From positions 450,001 to 482,000 of the forward strand of contig NC_000962.3 of the NCBI RefSeq assembly GCF_000195955.2: a DNA stretch of 32,000 bases, given 5' to 3'. This stretch comes from Mycobacterium tuberculosis H37Rv. GTDB lineage: Bacteria > Actinomycetota > Actinomycetes > Mycobacteriales > Mycobacteriaceae. Made by a program: the position numbers and the translations under genes. The notes under the pieces are model-generated. The model searched no databases, was not told where the DNA came from, and worked only from the letters and a program-made list of their open reading frames with translations. Of this stretch, positions 19,595-27,326 are shown piece by piece. The first letter of the stretch is position 1. Every line of letters starts with the position of its first letter.

Positions 19595-20013
19595 GCTACG
19601 CCGGAGATATCACGCCACTTCAGGCCTGGGAGATGCTCAGCGATAATCCGCGGGCGGTCCTGGTCGACGTGCGCTGCGAGGCGGAATGGCGCTTCGTCGG
19701 TGTGCCCGACTTGTCGAGCCTTGGTCGTGAAGTGGTCTATGTCGAATGGGCGACGTCCGACGGGACGCACAACGACAACTTCCTCGCCGAGTTGCGGGAC
19801 CGCATCCCGGCGGACGCTGATCAGCACGAGCGGCCCGTTATTTTCTTGTGTCGCTCCGGTAACCGCTCCATCGGCGCGGCCGAGGTCGCGACCGAGGCGG
19901 GCATCACGCCGGCCTATAACGTGCTGGACGGCTTCGAAGGGCATCTCGACGCTGAGGGTCATCGAGGCGCAACGGGCTGGCGGGCGGTGGGACTGCCGTG
20001 GAGACAGGGATGA
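19591..20013 (+). CDS. Rhodanese-like sulfurtransferase (Rv0390-like)
   Basis: 140 aa from GTG 19591, overlapping the purT stop as GTGA; active-site loop CRSGNRS. Confidence 0.92.
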   Translation: MSYAGDITPLQAWEMLSDNPRAVLVDVRCEAEWRFVGVPDLSSLGREVVYVEWATSDGTHNDNFLAELRDRIPADADQHERPVIFLCRSGNRSIGAAEVATEAGITPAYNVLDGFEGHLDAEGHRGATGWRAVGLPWRQG

Positions 20014-21230
20014 CCGACGAGTCTTCGGTCCGCACCCCGAAGGCGCTGCCCGACGGCGTCAGCCAGGCCACCGTCGGGGTGCGCGGCGGGATGTTGCGGT
20101 CGGGGTTCGAAGAGACCGCCGAGGCGATGTACCTGACGTCCGGATATGTCTACGGCTCGGCGGCGGTTGCCGAGAAGTCGTTCGCTGGCGAGCTGGACCA
20201 CTATGTGTACTCCCGCTACGGCAACCCAACGGTGTCGGTGTTCGAGGAGCGGCTGCGGCTGATCGAGGGTGCCCCGGCGGCGTTCGCCACCGCCAGTGGC
20301 ATGGCCGCGGTATTCACCTCGCTGGGCGCGCTGCTGGGTGCCGGAGACCGACTGGTTGCCGCGCGCAGCCTGTTTGGCTCGTGTTTCGTGGTGTGCAGCG
20401 AGATCCTGCCGCGCTGGGGGGTGCAGACCGTCTTCGTCGACGGTGACGACCTCTCGCAATGGGAGCGGGCGCTTTCGGTACCCACGCAGGCCGTGTTCTT
20501 CGAGACGCCGTCCAATCCCATGCAGTCGCTGGTGGATATCGCTGCGGTGACCGAGCTGGCACATGCCGCGGGTGCAAAAGTGGTGCTGGACAACGTATTT
20601 GCCACACCGCTACTGCAGCAGGGCTTTCCGCTGGGGGTCGACGTGGTGGTGTACTCGGGCACCAAGCACATCGACGGTCAGGGTCGGGTGCTGGGCGGGG
20701 CCATACTCGGTGACCGGGAGTACATCGACGGTCCGGTGCAAAAGCTGATGCGCCACACCGGTCCGGCGATGAGTGCGTTCAACGCCTGGGTACTGTTGAA
20801 AGGCCTTGAGACGCTGGCTATTCGGGTGCAACACAGCAATGCCTCGGCGCAGCGGATCGCGGAGTTCCTCAACGGCCATCCCTCGGTTCGGTGGGTGCGT
20901 TACCCGTACCTGCCGTCGCACCCACAATATGACCTGGCCAAGCGTCAGATGTCCGGTGGCGGAACCGTCGTTACCTTCGCACTCGACTGCCCGGAGGATG
21001 TTGCCAAACAGCGGGCCTTCGAGGTGCTCGACAAGATGCGGCTGATCGACATCTCCAACAACCTCGGCGACGCCAAATCGCTTGTCACCCACCCCGCCAC
21101 CACGACGCACCGGGCGATGGGCCCGGAGGGCCGGGCCGCGATCGGGCTCGGTGACGGTGTGGTCCGCATCTCGGTTGGGTTGGAAGACACCGACGACCTG
21201 ATTGCCGATATCGATCGGGCGTTGAGCTAA
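20010..21230 (+). CDS. metZ: O-succinylhomoserine sulfhydrylase (Rv0391-like)
   Basis: 406 aa; Cys/Met-metabolism PLP enzyme with YSGTKHIDGQGR PLP-lysine motif; ATGA overlap with the rhodanese stop. Confidence 0.94.
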   Translation: MTDESSVRTPKALPDGVSQATVGVRGGMLRSGFEETAEAMYLTSGYVYGSAAVAEKSFAGELDHYVYSRYGNPTVSVFEERLRLIEGAPAAFATASGMAAVFTSLGALLGAGDRLVAARSLFGSCFVVCSEILPRWGVQTVFVDGDDLSQWERALSVPTQAVFFETPSNPMQSLVDIAAVTELAHAAGAKVVLDNVFATPLLQQGFPLGVDVVVYSGTKHIDGQGRVLGGAILGDREYIDGPVQKLMRHTGPAMSAFNAWVLLKGLETLAIRVQHSNASAQRIAEFLNGHPSVRWVRYPYLPSHPQYDLAKRQMSGGGTVVTFALDCPEDVAKQRAFEVLDKMRLIDISNNLGDAKSLVTHPATTTHRAMGPEGRAAIGLGDGVVRISVGLEDTDDLIADIDRALS

Positions 21231-22639
21231 CCCGCTGCCTCTTGCTCGGCGTGCTCGGCCTGTTCGGCGGCTGCCAGCGCTCCTTGTGCCTGCTGTTCCA
21301 TCAAGGTCATCACTAACCTGGCGTAGATCATCTGGCTGGTGATGGCCATCTGGCCGCGGGCGCGGCCCATGAAGGAGATCCCCCAGGCGAACAGGGCTGC
21401 GATGCGGTTCCGATAGCCGACCAGGTAGACCAGGTGCAGCACCAGCCACGCCAGCCAGGCGAAGTACCCGGCAAACTCCAGCTTGCCGACCTGCGCGACG
21501 GCGCTGTGGCGGGAGATCGTCGCCATGCTGCCCTTGTTGAAGTAATGGAACGGCTTGCGATTGGCTGGGTCGTCATTGCCCTTGACCATGTGTTTGATCA
21601 CCGTGGTGGCGTATCGGGCCCCCTGGATCGCGCCCTGAGCCACCCCGGGTACGCCGGGCACGAACATCAGATCGCCGACTACGAAGACGTTCGGATGTCC
21701 CTTGACGGTGAGATCGGGTTCCACGATCACCCTTCCGGCCCGGTCGATTTCGGTTCCGTCGGATCCCTCGGCGATCATCTTGCCCAGCGGGCTGGCCGCC
21801 ACGCCGGCCGCCCAAACCTTGCACGCGCATTCGATGCGGCGTTCGCCGCCGTCCTTTTCCTTGATGGTGATGCCTTTGTAGTCGACCGCGGTCACCATCG
21901 CGTTGAGTTGAACCTCGACGTCCATCTTTTCCAGCCGCCGTTGTGCCTTGAGACCCAGCTTTGGACCCATCGGCGGCAACACCGCGGGTGCGGCGTCGAG
22001 CAGGATCACCCGGCACTCACTGGGCGTGATGGTCCTAAACGCGCCTGCCAGGGTGCGCTCGGCGAGCTCGACGATCTGCCCAGCCACCTCGACGCCGGTC
22101 GGCCCAGCGCCGACGACGACGAACGTCAGGCGCCGCTCCCGTTCGGCATGGTCGGTGCTGACCTCGGCGGCCTCGAACGCGCCCAGGATGCGGCCGCGCA
22201 GCTCCAGCGCGTCGTCGATGGTCTTCATTCCGGGCGCGAAGGTGGCGAATTCGTCGTTGCCGAAGTAGGACTGCTGTGCGCCGGCGGCCACGATGAGGCT
22301 GTCGTACGGCGTCACCGTGGTCATGTCCATCAATTTCGACGTGACCGTCTGCGCTTTCAGGTCGATCGCGTTGACCTCGCCCAGCAACACCCGGACGTTC
22401 TTTTGCCGGCGCAGGATCAGCCGGGTGGTCGGGGCAATGTCGCCCTCGGACAAGATCCCGGTGGCCACTTGATACAGCAGCGGCTGGAACAGGTGGGTCG
22501 TTGTCTTGGAGATCAGCGTGATGTCGACATCCGCCCGTTTAAGCGCCTTGGCCGCATTCAGGCCGCCGAATCCACTACCGATGATGACCACGCGATGGCG
22601 CCCGCCGACGGCCGAGGGTTCACCAGATGAGAGCGTCAT
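21227..22639 (-). CDS. ndhA: Type II NADH dehydrogenase NdhA (Rv0392c-like)
   Basis: 470 aa; HRVVIIGSGFGGLNAAKALK FAD fold and VVVGAGPTGVEVAGQI NADH fold. The 3' end overlaps the metZ stop convergently. Confidence 0.94.
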   Translation of the reverse strand: MTLSSGEPSAVGGRHRVVIIGSGFGGLNAAKALKRADVDITLISKTTTHLFQPLLYQVATGILSEGDIAPTTRLILRRQKNVRVLLGEVNAIDLKAQTVTSKLMDMTTVTPYDSLIVAAGAQQSYFGNDEFATFAPGMKTIDDALELRGRILGAFEAAEVSTDHAERERRLTFVVVGAGPTGVEVAGQIVELAERTLAGAFRTITPSECRVILLDAAPAVLPPMGPKLGLKAQRRLEKMDVEVQLNAMVTAVDYKGITIKEKDGGERRIECACKVWAAGVAASPLGKMIAEGSDGTEIDRAGRVIVEPDLTVKGHPNVFVVGDLMFVPGVPGVAQGAIQGARYATTVIKHMVKGNDDPANRKPFHYFNKGSMATISRHSAVAQVGKLEFAGYFAWLAWLVLHLVYLVGYRNRIAALFAWGISFMGRARGQMAITSQMIYARLVMTLMEQQAQGALAAAEQAEHAEQEAAG

Positions 22640-22711
22640 GGTCCTCCTTCAGTCTGGTCGCTGTGGCGCAGCTACACAGTACGACTCCCGTCATGCCAAC
22701 GGCGTAACTTT

Positions 22712-22747
22712 TTGTGGGCCTTGTGGGCCTTGTGGGCCTTGTGGGCC
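22712..22747. repeat. 9-bp tandem repeat (ttgtgggcc), four perfect copies plus a degenerate flank
   Basis: Direct reading at 22712-22720, 22721-22729, 22730-22738 and 22739-22747, followed by tttgtcgggcc. Confidence 0.97.
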
Positions 22748-22904
22748 TTTGTCGGGCCGCCTTCGGATCGGACGCTCGGGATGGCTGTTGGGCGCTGCGC
22801 AATCCCGCGCTTCGATCAGGCAGCGTCCGGCAGTGCCATCAATGGCGGCCAGGTACACCTCTCCGACGGCTCGACATCGCCGGCCCGGCAGTTACCTGCA
22901 CCAT

Positions 22905-24106
22905 GGCCGGGCGATGCGGGAGCGGCTGCCGAAGGTCGGGCAGGTGTTTGCTGCCGGGGAAATCGACTACCACATGTTTCAGACGTTGGTGTATCGCACC
23001 GATTTGATCACCGACCCGCAGGTGTTGGCGCGGGTGGATGCCGAGCTGGCGCTGCGGGTGCGGGGCTGGCCGTCGATGACCCGGGGCAGCTGGCCGCCGC
23101 GATAGATCGGATCGTGGCGGTGGCCGACCCCGATGCGGTGCGCCAGGTGCGGGAGCGGGCCCGCGATCGGGAGGTGTCGATCTGGAATTCCGCGGACGGC
23201 ATGGGCGAGGTGTACGCCCAGTTGTATGCCACCGACGCCCAAGCCCTGGATGCGCGGCTGAACGCCTTGGTGGCCACGGTGTGTGCCGGTGATCCGCGCA
23301 GCACAGATCAGCGCCGCGCCGACGCGCTGGGCGCGTTGGCGGCCGGGGCGGATCGGCTGGCCTGCCGCTGCGACAATCCCGACTGTGCCGCCGAGGGGCG
23401 CCCGGTGTCGGCGGTGGTGATTCATGTGGTGGCCGAGCAGGCCAGCGTCAAGGGCCACGGCCAGGCGCCGGCAGCGTTGCTGGGCGGCGACGGGCTGATC
23501 CCGGCCGAGCTGGTGGCCGAGTTGGCCAAGACCGCCGGGCTGCAGCCGATCCCGGTCCCGGCCGGGACCGAGCCGGGTTATCGGCCCTCGGTGAAGCTGG
23601 CGGCGTTTGTGCGGGCCCGGGATCTGACCTGTCGGGCGCCCGGTTGCGACCGCCCGGCCACCCAGTGCGACCTGGATCACACCATCGCGTTCGCCGACGG
23701 TGGGGCCACCCACGCGGCCAACCTCAAATGCCTGTGCCGTCTTCATCATTTGCTGGCCACCTTCTGTGGCTGGCGCGCCCAGCAACTGCCCGACGGCACG
23801 GTGATTTGGACGCTGCCGGGTAACCAGACCTACGTCACCACCCCGGGCAGCGCGCTGCTGTTCCCGGCGCTGTGCACCCCCACCGGTGACCCGCCCGCAC
23901 CCGAGCCGGCCCGCGCCGACCGCCGCGGGCAGCGCACCGCGATGATGCCGCGCCGGGCCAGCACCCGCACCCAAAACCGCGCCCATTGCATCGCCGCCGA
24001 ACGCCACCGCAACCACCAAGCCCGCCGGATTGCCCAAGCGGCCGTCATCGCCACCGAGACCCACGGCCCACCACCCGATCCCGACGACGACCCGCCGCCT
24101 TTTTGA
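22905..24106 (+). pseudogene. 13E12-family DUF222/HNH-like gene, 5' truncated with one internal frameshift (Rv0393-like; annotated CDS begins at 22781)
   Basis: AMRERLPKVGQVFAAGEIDYHMFQTLVYRTDLITDPQVLARVDAELALRVRGWPSMTRG is in one frame; LAAAIDRIVAVADPDAVRQVRERARDREV... through the HNH-like C-terminus (CRAPGCDRPATQCDLDHTIAFADGG...LKCLCRLHH) is in another. 5' boundary is approximate. Confidence 0.8.
23744..24106 (+). repeat. First copy of the 13E12 3'-end direct repeat
   Basis: Starts catcatttgctggccaccttctg; near identical to 25810..26184. Confidence 0.9.
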
Positions 24107-24121
24107 TGAAGTGAGTCCGAA

Positions 24122-24841
24122 TCATCTCGACGTGGACGGGTGCGGCGTCGGGTGGTCGCCGGTTGGCGCAGACCCTCCAGAGGGGAGGATGAGGAGCTCG
24201 GCACCTGCGTCGGCGGCCCTGAGATAGGCCAGCAGGCGGTGGCCGAAGTCGCTGACGTCGTGGATAAGGATGTGGCCGCTTTCTTCTGCCGGAGTCCCGG
24301 TGCCGTTGCCGTGCCAAACGGTTGTTGTCGCGATCGCGACGCCGGTTTGAATGAGGGCCGCTAGCACCGGCACGGGCTCGACCTTACTCGCCGCCCTCAT
24401 CACCTCGCGTCGCTGGATCTCGTCCTGGTCCGGTGAGGACTTGGCGGCTTTGGCCAGCCGAACGAGTGCATGGATATGCACGGGCTCAAGTTGGGAAAGC
24501 GTGGCCACGATGAGTGATGCCGGCTCGACCTTCTGGTCATCCTCGAGCGCGGCGGCGGCAGCTTGCGCGAGGAGCCGGCGCTTGGCCTCCATACTGGTGC
24601 GAGTGGCGGCCTCGATCGCCTGGCTGAGAAGCGGCTCGAGTTCGGGATTTTTGTCAATGCGGCTCAACACGGTGTCCGCGCCGCCGACGCTCTCGCATAT
24701 CTCGCGCGTGGTTGTCTCGGCGCGGTGCCGGGTGCGTTCCTCGATGGCGTCGAACACGGTTTGTAGCGGGCCGCCGACCATCGGGATGGCGGATAGGCCG
24801 GCGCTGATCACGACAGCGAAGACAGGTCTGGGCTCAGTCAT
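24122..24841 (-). CDS. Conserved hypothetical protein with N-terminal hydrophobic segment (Rv0394c-like)
   Basis: 239 aa MTEPRPVFAVVISAGLSAIPMVGGPLQTVFDAIEERTRHRAETTTREICESVGG... The track's 426-aa ORF extends upstream across Rv0395. Confidence 0.75.
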   Translation of the reverse strand: MTEPRPVFAVVISAGLSAIPMVGGPLQTVFDAIEERTRHRAETTTREICESVGGADTVLSRIDKNPELEPLLSQAIEAATRTSMEAKRRLLAQAAAAALEDDQKVEPASLIVATLSQLEPVHIHALVRLAKAAKSSPDQDEIQRREVMRAASKVEPVPVLAALIQTGVAIATTTVWHGNGTGTPAEESGHILIHDVSDFGHRLLAYLRAADAGAELLILPSGGSAPTGDHPTPHPSTSR

Positions 24842-24939
24842 AGCTCGAACAGTAGAGGCCGTCGCGGCAAGGACGGCCGACGGCGTGTTTTCGGCGTTGC
24901 GGGGTGGTCGCCGGACACGAGGAGGCAGACCGAGGCTCG

Positions 24940-25344
24940 ATGGATTGGATGCCGCTCGGCGACTACGAGACTTTCCGGCATTGGTCGGGGAAGCCCCGCG
25001 CATGGGGGCCGCAAGAGTCGGGGTGGCGCGCGTGGTTCGGCGGGAAGATAGTCGATGGGCTCTGCGAGGTACTCGACGAGCACCTCGCGGTGCGGCGTCG
25101 TGGTGTTCCAGCCGCGATCGGCTGCGTGCCCTGGCTGAGTAGCGAGGCGGTCGCCGAGACGCTGCTCGCATTGAGCGTCTTTTGCGTGGTGATCGACAAG
25201 GGAACCTCGTTCCCGTCGCGACTGCGTAACCCTGACAAAGGGTTTCCCAACGTCGCCCTATTGCGGCTTCGCGACATGGCGCCCTCCGAGCATGGCTCAC
25301 GCTGCTCCTCGGCCCGTGGTCGTCTATGCCTGAGCATGAGCTAG
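24940..25344 (+). CDS. Hypothetical protein, possibly the N-terminal part of a PLD-like protein (Rv0395-like)
   Basis: MDWMPLGDYETFRHWSGKPRAWGPQESGWRAWFGGKIVDGL...; alternative start at 24904. Confidence 0.55.
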   Translation: MDWMPLGDYETFRHWSGKPRAWGPQESGWRAWFGGKIVDGLCEVLDEHLAVRRRGVPAAIGCVPWLSSEAVAETLLALSVFCVVIDKGTSFPSRLRNPDKGFPNVALLRLRDMAPSEHGSRCSSARGRLCLSMS

Positions 25345-25349
25345 GTCCG

Positions 25350-25742
25350 GTGCGGGCGCTCGGCTGGCTACGAGAGGACCGCAAGCCGCTGCTGAATGCC
25401 AAATTGCTCGTGCTCGGTCATCTGGCTTTGAACGTCTACGACCCCGATAACGGTTACGGCGAAGAGGTGTTGGACTTTGAGCCGCGGACGGTGTGGTGGG
25501 GATCGGCCAATTGGACCGTGCGGGCCGGGTCACACTTGGAAGTTGGCTTTGCATGCGACGACCCAACCCTCGTCGAAGAAGCTACAGCGTTTGTCGCTGA
25601 CGTGATCGCGTTCTCCGAACCGATCGACACGACCTGTGCCGGTCCCGAACCGAACCTCGTGCAGGTGGAGTTCGACGACGCCGCGATGGCTGAGGCGATG
25701 GAGGAGATGGCCGAGCCCGATGATGACGGGGAGGATTGGTAG
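25350..25742 (+). CDS. Hypothetical protein with PLD-like C-terminal pattern (Rv0396-like)
   Basis: 130 aa from GTG 25350; LLNAKLLVLGH ... TVWWGSANWTVRAGSHLEVGFACDDPTLVEEA. Alternative start ATG 25326. Confidence 0.6.
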   Translation: MRALGWLREDRKPLLNAKLLVLGHLALNVYDPDNGYGEEVLDFEPRTVWWGSANWTVRAGSHLEVGFACDDPTLVEEATAFVADVIAFSEPIDTTCAGPEPNLVQVEFDDAAMAEAMEEMAEPDDDGEDW

Positions 25743-25809
25743 CGATGCTGCTTGATGAACCCAAAGGTCGTCACGGGCACGCTCAAAACGTTCTTCGTGT
25801 AATCGGTGC

Positions 25810-26184
25810 CATCATTTGCTGGCCACCTTCTGGGGCTGGCGCGCCCAGCAACTGCCCGACGGCACCGTGATTTGGACGCTGCCGGGTGACCAGACCTATG
25901 TCACCACCCCGGGCAGCGCGCTGCTGTTCCCGGCGCTGTGCACCCCCACCGGTGACCCACCTCGACCCGACCCGGCCCGCGCCGACCGCCGCGGGCAGCG
26001 CACCGCGATGATGCCGCGCCGGGCCAGCACCCGAGCGCAAAACCGCGCCCACTACATCGCCGCCGAACGCCACCGCAACCACCAAGCCCGCCGGATTGCC
26101 CACGTGGTCACCCAAACCGCCACAACCGCCCCCGAGACTAACGGCCCACCACCCGATCCCGACGACGACCCGCCGCCCTTCTAA
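25810..26184 (+). pseudogene. 13E12 3'-terminal fragment, second copy of the direct repeat (Rv0397-like)
   Basis: ORF 25816..26184 (122 aa) near identical to the C-terminus of the 22905..24106 gene; begins in the middle of the HNH-like region. Confidence 0.9.
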
Positions 26185-26393
26185 CCGGTAGGCGCCTGCC
26201 CAAAACACGGGTATTGGGTAAAGGCACGGGGTCCTGATGTTGTTGTATTTCAATGCGATTCAGCTAAGGCCCGGAGCCCATGGCTCGTCCGGATGGTCGG
26301 TTGGGGTGATGTGTATGCCCCTCCTGCTCCATCCCGTTTCCTTGTATCCTCAAGTTTGTCGTTTGGCGCTGTTGCGACAGGAAGGCGTCGATC

Positions 26394-26642
26394 ATGCACG
26401 CACTGAGGTTGGTCGGCTTGGCGATATTGACGGCGATCGCTCCAATCGCGGTCCTCATCGGAAGTAGCCCAGCGCATGCCGATACCGATATTGGTCAACC
26501 GTGCTCGCCGGAAGGCGCGAAACTCTGGGGGAACCCCGGCCCGATATATTGCGAGCGCACGGCGGACGGGCAACTGCAATGGGTATCAATTCCTGCTTGG
26601 GCATTGTGTGTGGCGTTCTGCGACCGGCCTGGCGGGCCATAG
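26394..26642 (+). CDS. Small secreted protein with Sec signal peptide (Rv0397A-like)
   Basis: 82 aa MHALRLVGLAILTAIAPIAVLIGSSPAHA|DTDIGQPCSPEGAKLWGNPGPIYCERTADGQLQW...; upstream caggaagg RBS-like sequence. Confidence 0.75.
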   Translation: MHALRLVGLAILTAIAPIAVLIGSSPAHADTDIGQPCSPEGAKLWGNPGPIYCERTADGQLQWVSIPAWALCVAFCDRPGGP

Positions 26643-26678
26643 GGGCCCACCAGCGGACCCCCACGGTCCGCCGGCCTG

Positions 26679-27320
26679 CTAGCCCGGCCATGAGCTCGCG
26701 GTGGTTCGGTAGTTCGCGTTGGGCGCACTGCAGAAGTCCGAGGCCGTGCCGGCCAGCAAGACGAAATAGCCCTCTTCGCCGCGGCGGGTGTCGGCGAACG
26801 GCGGGTAGGTCCAACCGTTGTTGCACATCGAAGTCGGCGTGCCCGCCGTGGCCTTGCGCCAACCGGACTTGACGCAGGCCTTGAGGGCGTCGACGTCGGA
26901 AACGGTGCTCTTGGCGACGACCAGCATCGCGCCTCCCCATTGCCCGTCGGTTCGCCGGTAGGCGCGCGCCCCGAAGCCGGCCCCCGAGCCGGCTGTGTTC
27001 TGTTGGCAGCCCAACACCCGCTGCAGCGGCAAGAACACCGACGCCACATCGCGGTCCGCGACAGCGGCTGCGGCCGTGATGAATTGAGCCGCGTCCGAGC
27101 CGTCAACCTCCTGGACGGTGGGATCTCCGAAGCTAAACAGCTGCTGTGAGATCCGCTGTCGCAGCGCGGCGTCACCGTCGCCGATGACCGGTCCGCTGCC
27201 GCTGGATGTCATCGGGGGCAGCGCGCCGGTGGGTTCCGCGCCCGCGGTGGGCGCGGCGGCCAGCACGGCCAGGGACAAACCGCACGCGGCGACACCGACA
27301 ACGCGGGCAATGACTCCCAT
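26679..27320 (-). CDS. Secreted protein (Rv0398c-like)
   Basis: 213 aa with signal peptide MGVIARVVGVAACGLSLAVLAAAPTAGA|EPTG. Confidence 0.85.
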   Translation of the reverse strand: MGVIARVVGVAACGLSLAVLAAAPTAGAEPTGALPPMTSSGSGPVIGDGDAALRQRISQQLFSFGDPTVQEVDGSDAAQFITAAAAVADRDVASVFLPLQRVLGCQQNTAGSGAGFGARAYRRTDGQWGGAMLVVAKSTVSDVDALKACVKSGWRKATAGTPTSMCNNGWTYPPFADTRRGEEGYFVLLAGTASDFCSAPNANYRTTASSWPG

Positions 27321-27326
27321 GGCTAC

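Noticed and set aside
21434-22630. 398-aa plus-strand ORF opposite ndhA
   Set aside because: Shadow ORF of ndhA; composition is typical of antisense translation and it has no known motif.
22712-22747. CRISPR-like array
   Set aside because: The 9-bp units are contiguous with no spacers, so this is a simple tandem repeat.
24842-25402. N-terminal extension giving a 426-aa Rv0394c-like ORF
   Set aside because: Overlaps the Rv0395-like gene antisense and is low-complexity Arg/Ser/Pro; the ATG at 24841 followed by a hydrophobic segment is a better start.
23744-26184. Composite transposon or intact prophage
   Set aside because: No transposase, integrase or terminal inverted repeats were seen; only duplicated 13E12 sequence.
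26185-26393. Weak inverted-repeat pairing (gcctgcccaaaacac / gggtattgggtaaaggc) after the second 13E12 fragment
   Set aside because: Arms are short and imperfect and not clearly above chance, unlike the 6201 and 9389 elements.
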